Shown: positions 1 through 13,300 of the stretch, in pieces
Position numbering within the stretch: position 1 is the first letter of the stretch
Layout of the letters: each line of letters opens with the position of its first letter
The notes under the pieces: generated by a model
What the model saw: only the letters and a program-made list of their open reading frames with translations
What the model was told of the DNA's origin: nothing
The model's database searches: none
Assembly (NCBI GenBank): GCA_002633005.1
Contig: NMRA01000451.1
Coordinates: forward strand, 228,892 to 292,891
Origin: Phoronis australis
Lineage: Eukaryota; Animalia; Phoronida
DNA length: 64,000 bases
Reading direction: 5' to 3'
Program-made: the position numbers and the translations under genes

Positions 1-397
1 GCAGAAGTACCGTAGACTGTTACTAGTGTATCAGACAGTGGCACTGATGACGGGGGGTAAGTTATTAAAAGATATAACGGAGGTGATTTAGTAATGACAA
101 GTCCTGAAATTAAAACGTAGCTGCAACTATCATGGAAATCGTTCATTGCTGTCTGTGCAGCATTTTGCTTATTGGCGTCGTGAAAAGGATTTTCTACTAT
201 TTTGAGATAGAAAAAAATCCTTTGTAGTCTGGTACATTGAACTGTGATAAAACTGAGATATGAGGCACACCTCCCTTTAACCTTTAGTCTAGACAAACCC
301 GTGCACCCAGGTGTTTATCTTCCAGTTAAGGAAACTGAACTTACTTAACAAGTGTACTTTTTAGTGAATACTTTTAATTGTTTCTCTTTCAGACAAC

Positions 398-3300
398 ATG
401 CCAGGCCTGGACCCATTTGTGTCAAAGAAGTTGCAGTATATGTATGATGTCTTTTACGGTGAGTTCTACGATTGCGCATAATAGTTGCGCAAGTTTTGCT
501 TTTGAAAATAGACGTCTGCCCTTCGCGTGAAAATCCAGATTATTCTAGTTTAAGTGCTGTGATATGGCAAGCCGGTCTAACCAAGAGCTTTGGTGATCTG
601 CTTCCTTATTTTCTCGTCTATCTTAATTGATATTTTTTTAATCACTTGAGATTAAATGTACCCGTCTCTTTCTAGGAACCTTATATAGTATTTAGCACAC
701 AGAATTACGCTCGAACCAATTTCAGTTTATGCAGCGCAAGTTCGCAATTCAACTCTAAATTATACACAAGTTTGTACCTTGACTCTTAGATGTTATCAAG
801 AGGATGAAAATTATCAAAGCTGATTTGTAATTTTACCTGGAGGTGGTGTGTTGAGGTTGTACTTTTGTTTAAGCTTTGGGCCCTAATGCATTTTTATACA
901 CTATTTCAGACATTAATCGTGACGGAAAGATCTCTTGGGAAGATTTCGAAATTTACATAAAAGTAAGTAACCCATATTCCAGTATATGCCAAGAGGAGAG
1001 ATTCCACTTATCGTTAAACCAAGAATTACGTTACACCTTTCAGGATATCGTTTCATACGATAATTACAGTTCAATGTACAATTTATGCTGACCTACTAAG
1101 GTAAACGGCACTCCACCAAGGGTACCTTCACTGCAGCCTCGTTCCCTAGCCTCAAGATGGCGCTGATCGCCGTTTAGCCATTAATGGGGCTTGCTAATTG
1201 GGAATGAAATGTGTCAGAATTCTGACACATTTTTACTGAAATTGCCGGAATATCAGTTTTATATAAAACCGAAAACTAGCGGCATATTGCTGCAATTTAT
1301 ATTGCAAAAATGATGTATTTTGATTCGAAAACAGCTTAATTTCTAATTTCTATTAATAAAAAAATATTTAACCTTTTTTTCAGACAATAACCAAAACAAT
1401 GCCTTCTATTTCATGAATGTCAACAACAACGCCTGCGAAAATAATCAAAATCTGCCTTTGTTTTAATGTCGCCAAGGCAGCGGCCAATCATTGCGCAGAA
1501 GGTTATTTCCATAACCAAGACTCAAATGGCTAAACCGATCAGCGCCATCTTGAGGCTTGGGAAAGCGGCTGGCCTTCACTGGTGCTAATCTCATCTATCT
1601 GCCCCAAATCTTTCAAGATCGCGAAGTATAAAGTTTTTCAGTGCATTGTTGGAAATGCAAACGCAAACGTGAACGTTCGACTGATCATGATATCTCGAGT
1701 TCAAACCACTGTAGTTATTTTACTAACAGCTTCTTTAAACTTTACCCTTTTCATCATTTTGCTTTATTTTACGCTGTTTTTATTCATGTAAATTGCATGG
1801 AAACAATTATTGGGACACATTTGCTGCAATCTACGGGCTGTTATTGCGGCAAATCCCGTAAATTTCATGCGCGCACCCAGGGGGCGGGGGGTTCAGGGGG
1901 CTCGAACTAGCCCCCCCCCTCCCCATTTGGCGAAGTGGGCAAAAAAGGTCCGCATGTGAGAAACAAAAAGTCCGAGAAAATGGGACAAAAGTCCACTAAA
2001 CAAGCACAAACGTGCAATTCACAGTGGTGCACCCGTTTTTTTTTTGTTTTTTAGCGGCTATTTTGTTACGAAAAGGTCCACAACGTTAGGAATTTGAGCC
2101 CCCCCCCCCATGTTGAAGGCTGGTTGCGCTCATGAATTCTTGTTCTTCAAAGCGACTTATGTGTCACAAAAAGTTAGAATGGAAATAATGTGTTCGGTGC
2201 AAATAGGAGCAAGTATGGTGGTGTACAGTTGGTGCGTGTCTTACCATACGGGGAGACAATATTGTTTCTGATTTTTGAAAGTTTGTTCATTCCCTAAAAA
2301 TTCACGTGGTGCGAGAGCAAAACTGTGAACAGTTCTTCTACGCCTGGAGCGCGGGATATCGCGAGATTTTGTTATAAGAAGTCTCTAACAGGAAGCAGTA
2401 TGTAGCGTGTCTGCCACACGAGGCCGCTCTCTTAAGGAGATTTGTCATATTGCTTAATAACAAATTTTAATTTTATTCCCAAAGCTGATTAATTGAGGAC
2501 TGTTAATAATAATATAACCGAATTAAAACCACGTGTAATTTTCCAGTACTTTAAGAAAAGAAGGCTACCAGTGCCCTCTAGGCCTATGAATTATTATATT
2601 CCAACAGGTTTCTATTGTGTGTTCTGCATGAAAACCTCTCTTCAAATGTCTGTATGATTCTACACTTAATCTGGATGAATGTTCTTATTTTCAGAAAATC
2701 TCTAAAACTAACGGCTGGTCGGACACCGATCAAAAACACACTCACGCTAAGGAGACTCTGAAACAAATCTGGGACGGACTGCTCGAGCAGGCAGACGACA
2801 ATGCGGTATAGTTGCAATCAAAGAGAACTGTTTTTTCAAAGTTTCACTATGAGTTGTTTCCCATTCGTGGGCCTACGTGTAAATATGACATGAAAATTGA
2901 TTTCAGTTGCTGGAGATATATTCTGGAATTTTTGTTCATAGAAAAACAGGAAACATTTATTTTTAAGACTGCACTAAATCCGTCACCCGAAGTTCGTGTC
3001 TGTTGAAAATGTTACTGTGAATCTACTAGGGCGAGTATAATAAGCGTTGTAAGCCATATACAGCCATTGTGAGGCAAATTAAATGTATAAACTTATATAA
3101 GAAAATTTGCTGTTGGAAGAACAGTTTTCTTAATAATAAAATGTATATATTTCATGGCGGCAAGTCCTTTGATATTGACGAGCTCTGTAAAGTATGCTTA
3201 ATCTTAGTAAAAAGACCAGACAAGACATTACTAGGATATGGAAGACCGCAGTGTGCTAGTGTCTTGTGTAACCTTATCGCCACACGCTTCACCTCTTTCG

Positions 3301-5791
3301 AAACTTAAGTACTGAATTGTACTGTTTGGTCAAGTTTGATAAAGCTTTATACACAATTAGGGAAAATGTAGATCAAAACAGAAATTTTGTTAAAGTTAAA
3401 GTTAATTTAAATTCAGAGCTCAATGTATCCATTTCGGGCATACCAGGTATAGTGACTCTTACCTAAGGTCATGAACGAGCGTTACGACTCAATGCACGTA
3501 ATGTGCAACGACTTCTGTTGTCCGATCTTTTGCTAGTGACAATAAATGTGCAGCCATTCAACTTGTGCCAAAATCAGCAGTTTTTATAGGTACATGCTGT
3601 TGTAGTGGTAAAATTAGAGGTAAGTAGGCGCCCAAGCCCAACCTATCACCTTGAGCACTGAACATAACTTGCGGTGCGTAGGCGCTACGTTCAAACGCCT
3701 ACGTGCGCCTACGCCCCACTACAGCACTGGGTTGGCAAACTACCGTTCGTGAAACAACTTGGCTTAGTTGTCTTCATTTTCAGGACAAGGAAGTATCGAA
3801 CCAAGAATGGCTAAAAATGTGGGAAGATTGTGTTTCTAAGATCGGCAACAAAGACAAGACCCCCAAGTGGCTGGCGATGTATGAGGAGTTCATGTTCAGC
3901 GTAGCTGACACGTCCGGTAGGTTTTATCATCACTCGATTTAATGTCAGAATAGTCACTCATACAAGATGGGTTGCTTGCCAGTGCACATAATCATGTTCC
4001 GACCGATCTTAAAGTGAAAGGCATGTTGAGTGGCAACAACGGTATCTAGCTGTTTGAATCAATGTTTTATCTGAATGAAGCTCGGTTGAAGAATGCTAGT
4101 AGTTTAGTAAACTTTGAATGGACTCAGAGGCTTGAAATCGTCGGTGGACATTCCGCTGTGTGCCAGACAGTTATTTCCCAACAGAAACCCTTTATGATTG
4201 TGTAGCTCCATGCCGACAACAATGTCAGTGAAATGTCATCGGGAACACATCCGTTGGGTGGACTCAGAATCTTACACACGGCACACACTCTTACCACGCA
4301 TAAAAAGCTTACCACGGAACCTGGGTCCTACTCAGGTACTGTTTCCATAAATAATGTTTAGTGGAAGTAACCCCAAACACAACACATAGAAACTGCGTCG
4401 CACACTTCAGTCACAGAAAACAAAACTAAAACTTCACAACACTTTTAAACCGTCTCCGACATCAACACTCTTGCGGTCACATAGTTAAGCCATCAGTTTT
4501 TAACTAAGATGTCGATAGTGCAACAGCTCTCCCTCCATATATGGCCGTGAGAAGTCACGTTCCGCACACTTCCCCTATGTAAGTGCCCCAGACCATACCA
4601 TTGTTCTGATGACTGTTCGTGTCATAATTTTGCTGAAGGCGATGGAATCCAGGTGTGACACTTACTTACAAATGTATTTTCCTCGTAATCGTTGCCAGGT
4701 GACGGAATAATTGACCATGATGAATTCCGGGCTGCCTACAAAGATTACGGCCTGACTGACAAGAATATCGAGGACGCTTTCAACAGAACTACTCAAAATG
4801 TAAGTGGGGAAATGACAGAAATGTTAAATAAATGTTTCATAGTTGTTTTGAAACCAAATTAGTACATTTTCAATATACGAGGGGAAATTATTATTATTAT
4901 TGAAAAACTAGTGAGTATGATTGACAAGTGCTTGATTCGAGTACAAATTTTTCAAGTTTACTCAAAGCGTGGCGTGCAATTGCCCAATTTTCGAGTCACG
5001 TTTTGGTATAGATTTTAGACTCTAGGCTCTGCTTGCTTTCACGATAGTATACTTCAGACTTTCCCTGTCAAGACTTTTTAAATGGGTATTTTTCAAGGGT
5101 GAACTATGCGATCATTTTGTCTGAAACTTTGATAATGTACCAGTCATTGCCACATTTGAATACATCACAAGACTTTCAACGAATTTTGTGACAAATATGC
5201 TGGGTCAGTTACATGTTGATGGCACTATAACACGAGTAGTGTGTTGTGGGTAGCAATTCGAATGGTTTGTCATCGACTATGTTTGTTAAAAGTGCAATTC
5301 CTGCTGCTGAGCTGCCAAAAATGGGTTACTTATCCTTAAAATGCGCTTACGATAACCGAACTTCATTTGCTTTGCCACAAAGAGCGCCCATATCACGATT
5401 CATGGATGATTACAGAAGCCCATGGGGCTTACTAGCAATTTTCGAAAGATTGATCGTTTCATTTCAAATGCAGCTTATTCCTCAAAATCAACTGAATGTT
5501 GTAGCCGAAAAGAAGTTCAGATTGATAAGAACATTGCTTATTTTCACGAGAATGCGCCTATAAATCAAACTTCATTCCAGGAAAATTCGTCATTCTATAG
5601 GGTAGTTCTAGCTATCTCGTTATCGTTGTTGCATCAAGCTACATTGTTATTTTGTTTTGTTTCAGGGAGCAACAGTTCTGAACAAACAGAATTATGGCTT
5701 ACTATGGAACGAATTCTTCAGCAGCAATTCTACAACTGCCCCAGGAAATTATTTGTTCGGTCACTTTGATGAGAAGCAAATTCCGCAATAG
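398..5791 (+). CDS. Calexcitin / sarcoplasmic calcium-binding protein (EF-hand), 194 aa, 6 coding exons
   Basis: Exons 398-458, 910-962, 2695-2805, 3784-3916, 4699-4799, 5666-5791, all GT-AG with consistent phases. Protein: MPGLDPFVSKKLQYMYDVFYDINRDGKISWEDFEIYIKKISKTNGWSDTDQKHTHAKETLKQIWDGLLEQADDNADKEVSNQEWLKMWEDCVSKIGNKDKTPKWLAMYEEFMFSVADTSGDGIIDHDEFRAAYKDYGLTDKNIEDAFNRTTQNGATVLNKQNYGLLWNEFFSSNSTTAPGNYLFGHFDEKQIPQ. It has three canonical EF loops, a degenerate fourth, and the calexcitin-type motifs FYD, IWDGL, EWLKMW, DTSGD and GNxLFG. Possible 5'UTR donor GTAAGT at 57; AATAAA at 6490. Confidence 0.92.
1134..1572. mobile_element. MITE in calexcitin intron 2
   Basis: Terminal inverted repeats cagcctcgttccctagcctcaagatggcgctgatcg / cgatcagcgccatcttgaggcttgggaaagcggctgg, flanked by the direct repeat CCTTCACTG (1125-1133 and 1573-1581). 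Confidence 0.85.
1866..2134. mobile_element. Short non-autonomous DNA transposon (hAT-like ends)
   Basis: Short TIR catgcgcgcaccc / ggttgcgctcatg with G- and C-run subterminal motifs (gggggctcgaa..gagccccccc). No clear TSD. Confidence 0.55.
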
Positions 5792-8320
5792 ATAAACCGA
5801 CACCTCGAGTTTGCCCTAGACTGAGTAGATCCACTGTTTAGAGTCTTGGCCCGGTGTTAATTTTACAAATTTCATCAAATCGTGGATAGGTTACATTTCA
5901 TGCAATCCGCACAACGCATGCGGCTAATCAGATATGGCAGCAGGCGACTGCTTGGAGAGTAGAGAATGCGAAACCCACCGTACACCGGCGCCAAACCCAA
6001 ATCCAAGTGACCGGAGCGACACCTTTCGATTGAGAAACGGCCATTTCCTGGAAGTTGACACAGCACTTAGTTTGGGCCGTGGACAATATGATACGCCTTT
6101 GTTGTTGTAGACTAAATTTCTGTCACGGAGCAGATAGTAGTATTGCAACAGCGCATGCGTCTAGAGTTGTAGTTGTTTTTGTTGCTAAAATCTCCGACCC
6201 AAGGGATAACCCTTCCCTGATTCAGGAAATGTCCGTCATCACAGTCTGTACATTTACCTCGATTGTTGACATTTAATTGTTCATGCTTTCTTGCAAAGTT
6301 GCAAGAAATTATTCAATTTAAGTTAATGTTGAGACTTAACTTCAGTACAAAGTTTTTCCTGGTGATCAAAAAGATTGGTTCGACAGTTACAAAGCATCTG
6401 TGTTTTTCAGGTTAGCGGGTTCCAATTCCATGAGTGTTTTATTTTGTTGACTTTAAATAATTGAATTTGTATAATGTGGTGTGTTCTTTAATAAATTTGT
6501 GGTCAATTTGTAAGAAAGGAAGTTTGTGTAAGTAATCCTTTTCTACAATGCTTGGTGAATTCTTTTACTGTTATTTCCCGACGCGTTGCATGACTCACAC
6601 ACAACAAAAAAGCAACAAATGGCACAGTTCCTAAGGCATTTTAGTTGAAACTGATGAAGATCTGTGACGTCATTACAGTGCTGCAAATTCGTTACTAGTT
6701 AGTTAGACAAGTATAACTGTTTGCTCCAAAGTTCAACAAGAGTAAAATGTTCTGAGCATAATAATGCTTATTTTCCCTTTTTTTCAACTTTCTCAAAATT
6801 ACGCTTTAATAAATACATTTTAAAACATGCTGCCTTGTTCCTGAACATTTCTGTACTGAATATTACATTAAACAGTTGCTTTTCAATTTGTCTTGGGACC
6901 TGGCAAAAGCCTTTCTTGTGTACAAGTTAATAATCCCCCTTAGAACAAAGATTTCAAATTATTGAAATCTTTAATAACAGTGCAACTACCTTATTGTTTT
7001 ATTGAAATGGAAAGTTGGGTAATTTTGTAGTAATTTGTGAATATGTTGCTAATTATATAGGCACCCATATTGCCCTCACCGTGAAATTATCCGTGGAGAA
7101 AAACGGACTTGCAAAATGCCCCAGTATGCCTGAAAATTTGCTTTTTATTGCTCTTAGTCAATGTGTCAGCACTCTAGTGTTGGTTTCCATAAACCTGATA
7201 CAGAGTGCGATTGCTGTCTCACATGCACGCTAATGATTCAGACTCAGTGATTTACAGTGTAAAGGTGAGTTTAGCTGCATGCTAAACCAGCATAACAAAT
7301 TTAAATTTTAGTTTTTCACAACTTGTCAATTCAGAATTAATAGTATACTTGTCACTATTACTATCATCATTATAATCCTTAGTACTATTATGAATAAAAC
7401 AGTCAGAGTCAAATCTGTACTAATAGCCAACACATTAGTGAAATACGTTAACATACTGATACCTCGAACAAAGTTCTTTTCTCGTGCGGTAAATGAATCC
7501 ACGGTTTCGTAAATCATTTAAAACATAGTAAAATATGATAAAGTAATTCATGCGCGTTTCCCATGCAAGTAGGCGGGAGAGTAGGGCCTGTTGTAAGCAT
7601 TCTTTTCCGAAGATTGTCAGAAAGTTGCAATTATGCCATTTCCAACATTCTTATGGTAGTCACTAACTCGAGTTTCTTCCCGAAAACCTCGTACGCTCAA
7701 TTTTGGAACACATAACAAAGGTGTTCTGTAAAAATCTGGTAATTAACATAGTCTGTCATGTTTTCACGAAGTCCATCCCAGGATCAGTATTTACACACAT
7801 AGTTAGCCCTGGATACAAAGTAAGGGCATTGATATACCATTACGATTCAATGCAAATTCATAGTATCACCGATCGTATGGGCATCGGCAGCCCAGCGAAG
7901 ATGATATCCGAGGGATAAAAGCGGACTTCGTAAATAATTTGCACAATTCTATGTCATAACAACTCAGCAGAAATTAACGCACTGCTGGCATAAATTTAGT
8001 TTCAATCGCTGTTTCCGACATCTACTCGCTATTCTAAGAGAAATTCGCCTTGTCTACTCTACAAAGTACTGCGCACGCTCGACTCGAAGCCGTGGACACG
8101 TGCATTTCTTGGATCTTTACGAAAAAACATTTTGCCAAAATTGTTGCAACAGTATAGTCAGTTAAGGAAATCGTTCTTCTCACATGACCTGGAATGTGTT
8201 ACGACACGACTGGTTAATAATACCGTTTATACCACAATTTCAGCCTCGAATGGCCAATACAAACGTGTAATAACCCATTTGGTTATCTCACTAGTGATAT
8301 TAACGTTTTGGCGGGAATCG

Positions 8321-8388
8321 TGGCCGGTTTCGAACCCGGTCCGCAAGAGTTTCTAGTCGTCGACTTTATCACTGCACCACTCAGCGGC
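8321..8388 (-). mobile_element. tRNA-derived SINE-like head (Pol III A/B boxes)
   Basis: Minus strand reads gccgctgagtggtgcagtgataaagtcgacgactagaaactcttgcggaccgggttcgaaaccggcca, with A-box-like TGGTGCAGTGA and B-box/T-arm GGGTTCGAAACC. The acceptor stem is imperfect, so it is not a functional tRNA. Confidence 0.5.
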
Positions 8389-10196
8389 TGACGTCATCGA
8401 ACGTGAAAATAGAATGCCCAACCATCGCAAGTTCAACAAAGGGCATTGTACCGACATTTATACGCTATGAAAAATAAGTCGCATAATTTCCATAAAAACG
8501 ATATTTTAATTCAGTGAAATTTATCTCTCATTTTCTCTCACATGTAAATTGCCGATCTCCAATTTGAATGTGAGTGTCGTGTCGTCGGAATCCTTCGACT
8601 TGAGCATTATGCTCAGTTAGCAGTGGTAATCTACTTTAGCGGACGATATTTTCTAGGTGGAAGCTTAGCGTGATAAAATGTGTAGTAAGCTATAATGGTT
8701 GCTAAACCTTAATTTATAGATTCAGTGTCTTTCCATTTTGTTTTTAAATTTTCAATTGGTTTTGAGTAAAAGCATTATTTGACAAAAATAGCTCGGCTTT
8801 TCTAAAAGGTCACGACCTCCGACCCCGGACCTCTGACATAGAAAGTAGTTAGAAAGCCGAGGCGAGCCGAGAAAGGTAGATTGATTCATTGCAATGTTTC
8901 TCGTTCAGTATGTGGTATAAATAGATTATTACATGTTCTCGTGGCTCTAGAATACGGGGGGATAACGACTGAGAACATGTACGTAATTTATTTGATCTTA
9001 CATGAGCAAATTACAAAGTAGTGCAAAGTAGAAATCCGTACGCCTTACATTTTATCGTCTGCAAAACAATAAAACAACCAAACGCGCGCCAACCAAACAA
9101 TGCCGGAATAGTCCGAGAAAGTGACAAGGTTATGATTGACAAATCGGGAGTCGCAACTGTGCCTACTTCCAGTCGCAAAGACATGCAAACAACTTCTTCG
9201 GCGGCGAATTCCATATCCACGTTCATTCAAACGGAGACGAGCCCCAATTCGAGAAACGCGGCGAGACTGTCTAGCTGTGCTGTCTCAAGGTCAATTCAGT
9301 GCTCATGCTGTTATTTATAAATATTCTTTAAGTTTCAATATTAAAAGTTCAAAGACCAGTTTTTTATTAGATTCTAACTTGAATGTTTGCTATGAAAGCC
9401 GAATGCAATTTACAATTTTTAAGCTTAAAATAAACCTAACATTTAAGTAACTGAATTACTTTACATTGATTTAGACACGTCGAGTTTTTCAGCAAAAAAG
9501 TTCGTTTTTACGGTTCATTTGAGAAAACAAAGAAGCCTCGGGAAACGAAATTTCCAACAGGTTTTGCCTATGTCATAAATCTGAGACTAGTGTAGGATTC
9601 TCTACATCTTTTGAAGAAAGTGGGAAAATTTGTTTTCAAAAAGGCCGGTAGACACGTGTTCTGACATATAGCATGGCTGCCATCAATTGTCTCCGCTGAG
9701 TTTCCAGTGGGAGGTAGCCTAACAACACGTAACATAACATGTAACAATAGAAAATTTATAACCAAGCTGTGTTGTAACTGGAACTTCTGTAATTTCATGA
9801 CAGTTCAATAATTTTGTGCAGTCGAATTGGAATCCAAGGACGCTGCCAAAAAGGACTAATTTTGCAATGTTTATGATCTGTGTCACAGGTGTTATTGCAT
9901 GGGTTCTATACACTCTATATTTTAGGCATAATACACGTCTTATTTGTTGTCCGGTTGACATGAAATTCGCAAACCACCTCTCGGTGTCTTGAGAACTGTT
10001 ATTTAATGATATTAGATCACGTAAGATGGTGCTGTGGGCTCGTTCTTCAGTTAACACAAAAGAACTTGTCCGATTTCCATATCTCAAAATTTTTGTTGAC
10101 ACTAGAAATACACTTTTTGCTTAATTCGGATTCATATTACCGTAGTCCTTTGACGTATGTTTGTGATATTTGACCATAGTTGATAGACCGCGCGAA

Positions 10197-10352
10197 AGTG
10201 GTAGATTTAGAGGAGGACAAGGGGGGCGTGGCCCCCCTAAAGTTCTCCCAGATTCCATTTGGGAGTTCGAGAGTGCGAATGTCTGACGTGCAAACTCCTG
10301 GCTAATACTCTGCCCTGGCTCCTTCTAAATCAAAATCCTGGATCCGCCCCTG
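10197..10352. mobile_element. Short hAT-like non-autonomous element
   Basis: Ends agtggtagattta..tggatccgcccctg with internal ggggggcgtggcccccc. Related end fragments occur near 28645-28658, 34950-34970 and 36957-36970. Confidence 0.5.
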
Positions 10353-13300
10353 GCGCCAATAGCTTCAAAAGCGATGAATCCGATTGTCCGGCTACGTCTT
10401 GCCGCGCTTGATGTTCTGACGACCGTTCTTTTCTTGGCTGATATCAGCCAAGCGAGGAGTGATATCACTCCTCGCTCTCTTGTCGACTGGCCTACTTCAT
10501 ACAACAATTCAAAACTTAATCAGTTTCATAGCCAATAATTCCACATTTGTCATTATCATGGCATTCGTCACCATCGTCTCCGCACTAATTATGTCGAAAA
10601 TTATCTTCGTTAAAATTTTATAAACTGTCGGTTTTGGCGTATGCTGTACGTGATAGTGTTGGTCGGGGCCGGGTGATGAGCGGCAGTGGCGTCGGCGGCG
10701 TCACTTTTTCCACCGGTGTTTTAGGTTTCAGTGTCATCTTTGTCGTTTTGGGAGTCACTGGCGTTGTCGTCGTCGTTCTAACTTCTCCATGCAGTGGACT
10801 TCGCCGACTAGAGTATTGCTCCCCAGAGAGCTTTTATTTCATGTTTCCTACACACCGCATCGAGTGATATTTTCTGGTGAAAAGTCATATTCCTTGAATT
10901 CTAAGCTTTTGCTTGCCATCGTCCTATAACCAGTCTTTACTGTATCTTTAAGAGGGGTCAACAAGACCTGGAGCGTCATTTTGGCAATTAACAAACAATT
11001 CCCAATTGCTTGCGGGAGCTGCGCCCATTGCTGTTTAGATCTCCAGCGTTCATAAATTGACAATTTTTACCATTTCTATATACAGATGCCCTTACACTCC
11101 AAATGGCGTAATACTGTACACTGATTAAATAATTTACAGAGTCTGAATGTTACGAAGGCTAAAGGTGCACGGGCACTTTAATGTATGCTAATTTACAAAA
11201 AACACTCCCTATTTCCTTCAAATTTAATTATTTCTTACCAACAAAGTCTAAATCGTTATGGAAAATACGAAGGACGCAACTACTGATTTTCTTAAATTGT
11301 TAAAAATTTTATTGCAAAGGGGCCATATGCTTAAACCCAAGATGGCGGCCAAAATAACAGTCAAACCGCTTGTTTCCCGGGTTATTCTGAAGGAGCTAAT
11401 TAACTCTAGTACTTCAGAAATTCCCGCTCGGACCTCTCGATCTAAAATCAGCATTAATATAGGTAATCAAAATTAATTATAGCAAACACTTGATTGAAAA
11501 GCTGTCCGTGCTGAAACGTGCCCAGATATTTTATCCCGGTTAATCAATAAAAAATCAGCTTCATTGCTAAAAATGGCGCTTTAACTGAATTCCGGCATGC
11601 TTAAATTCGATTGAACTTAATAATTGTCCAATGAACACCTTCTCCTGCAGATAGATAATTGGTTCCATCATCGTGGCTCTCTCGTGAGCAGTCTCTTGAC
11701 TCTTAAATAGAAAGAATGCAAATCAAAAACAGGAAAGTGGTGACCACGTATGCCATCAGCTGGCCCCCACCACTGACTGCCATGTGTAATTTCAAAAAAT
11801 GAGAAAGTGATCAACAATAGATGCTACCCTTGGGCCCACTCTCCGTCGGGCTCACAATTTTTATCAAGTGACATACAATTACAAAGAAACGGAAAGAGAT
11901 TGACAAATGGTTCTACCATCCTTTGACAAATGCATTTCGCATTTTATTAAAAATGTGTACTTAAAATCAATTTGCAATCATTTTATCGACCTTTACGAAG
12001 TATTTGATATGAATAAAAGCACGCATTCCAGTGTGTTCTATACTGCAAAACGAGGAGGTCCGCAAACAACAATGTCCTGATCAGAGCCACCATTGGACCA
12101 ATCCAACAGTGGTCGAGCTTAGCTATTGTCTTTTTTCTCGACTGCTTCCTGAACCCACTCCTACGCCTATGCCGGCCGCCACGGATTCGCCCTCCCACCT
12201 GCAAATTAGTGGGAGGCACGTGCTTACCGCTTCTCACAGCCTTGGAATTTGAGTACTGAAATGTGTTTTGAGTATCACTCTGAGCACACAATTGCTCTTA
12301 TAATTGACGGATGAGCTTATTGACTTACATTCGTCAACGTCACCAGCTCGAGAATACTGCTTAGATGGTCCAACTTATTCAGACCAACAAAAGGCTTTTA
12401 AAGGGATCGCCTACTCATCATAACTGTGCGTTCGTGGAGCATATCAAGTTGATTCCGTTTTCATGACTGGCTTAGAAAATCATCCAGTGATGCCAGGTTC
12501 ACAAAATGCAAAAATTAATCTTTGCTATTAGGACCATTGGTAATCTCCAGTTCACACCTAAGTTAATGTAGTAGTGATCATAGTGATAGACCTGGGTTCA
12601 ATACCAGTACCTCGCCAGACTTCGCGAGATTCTGCGAGATATTACGTGATTTTGGCTTTTCCAGCCGCGAGACAGATACTGAACTCTGTCCTGTTTTGTA
12701 GTTGCTTAAACTGGGCCACTTCTCTCCAATCAACACGTCAAGAAGTATTCTAATAAGAAAGAATTGTGCGTGGTTTGTCATAAAAGAGCTTTTTTCGAAT
12801 GAAACTTGATGGAAAAGGAATCTCAAATCGAAAAAAATATCTTCTTGATAAAGTACGAAGACGTGATAAGAACGTAGGTACAGTTTTTGAAGGGGGAAAT
12901 AAATGGAGAAGGAATTAGCTCAAAAAGTTATCACGAGGCATAGAGCGTTATGTAGCCATCAATACGCTGCTGCGTAACGCGGTATTTCCCAATTTTCAGA
13001 AACGCGAGGTTGTTGATCCTTTGCCGCCAACATCAGCTAAATATCATCAACATGTTTGGCCTTACTGCATTTTCTGTCAACCGTGACACGAAGACAACAG
13101 GTAAATAAATTAAAACGTCCAAATTAAAAGTTGTTTATTGCCCAGTCCCGGAATATAGAAAAAATTTCAAATATGCAGAGAAGGAAGTATGATGGTTAGA
13201 AAGTCCCCCAGTAGCCATTTTCTTTTCGTTTTTCATGCGTTTCACCGGAAGGGCAACAGAAACGGTGAATTTTGAAGTTTCTCCTGAAGGTTTTGTTCTT

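Noticed and set aside
398-5791. Aequorin-like photoprotein or luciferin-binding protein
   Set aside because: Photoproteins have EF2 disabled with EF1, 3 and 4 active. Here EF2 is intact and EF4 is degenerate, and the sequence follows calexcitin motifs.
8321-8388. Functional tRNA gene
   Set aside because: The B-box is present but the acceptor and D stems do not pair properly; better explained as a SINE head.
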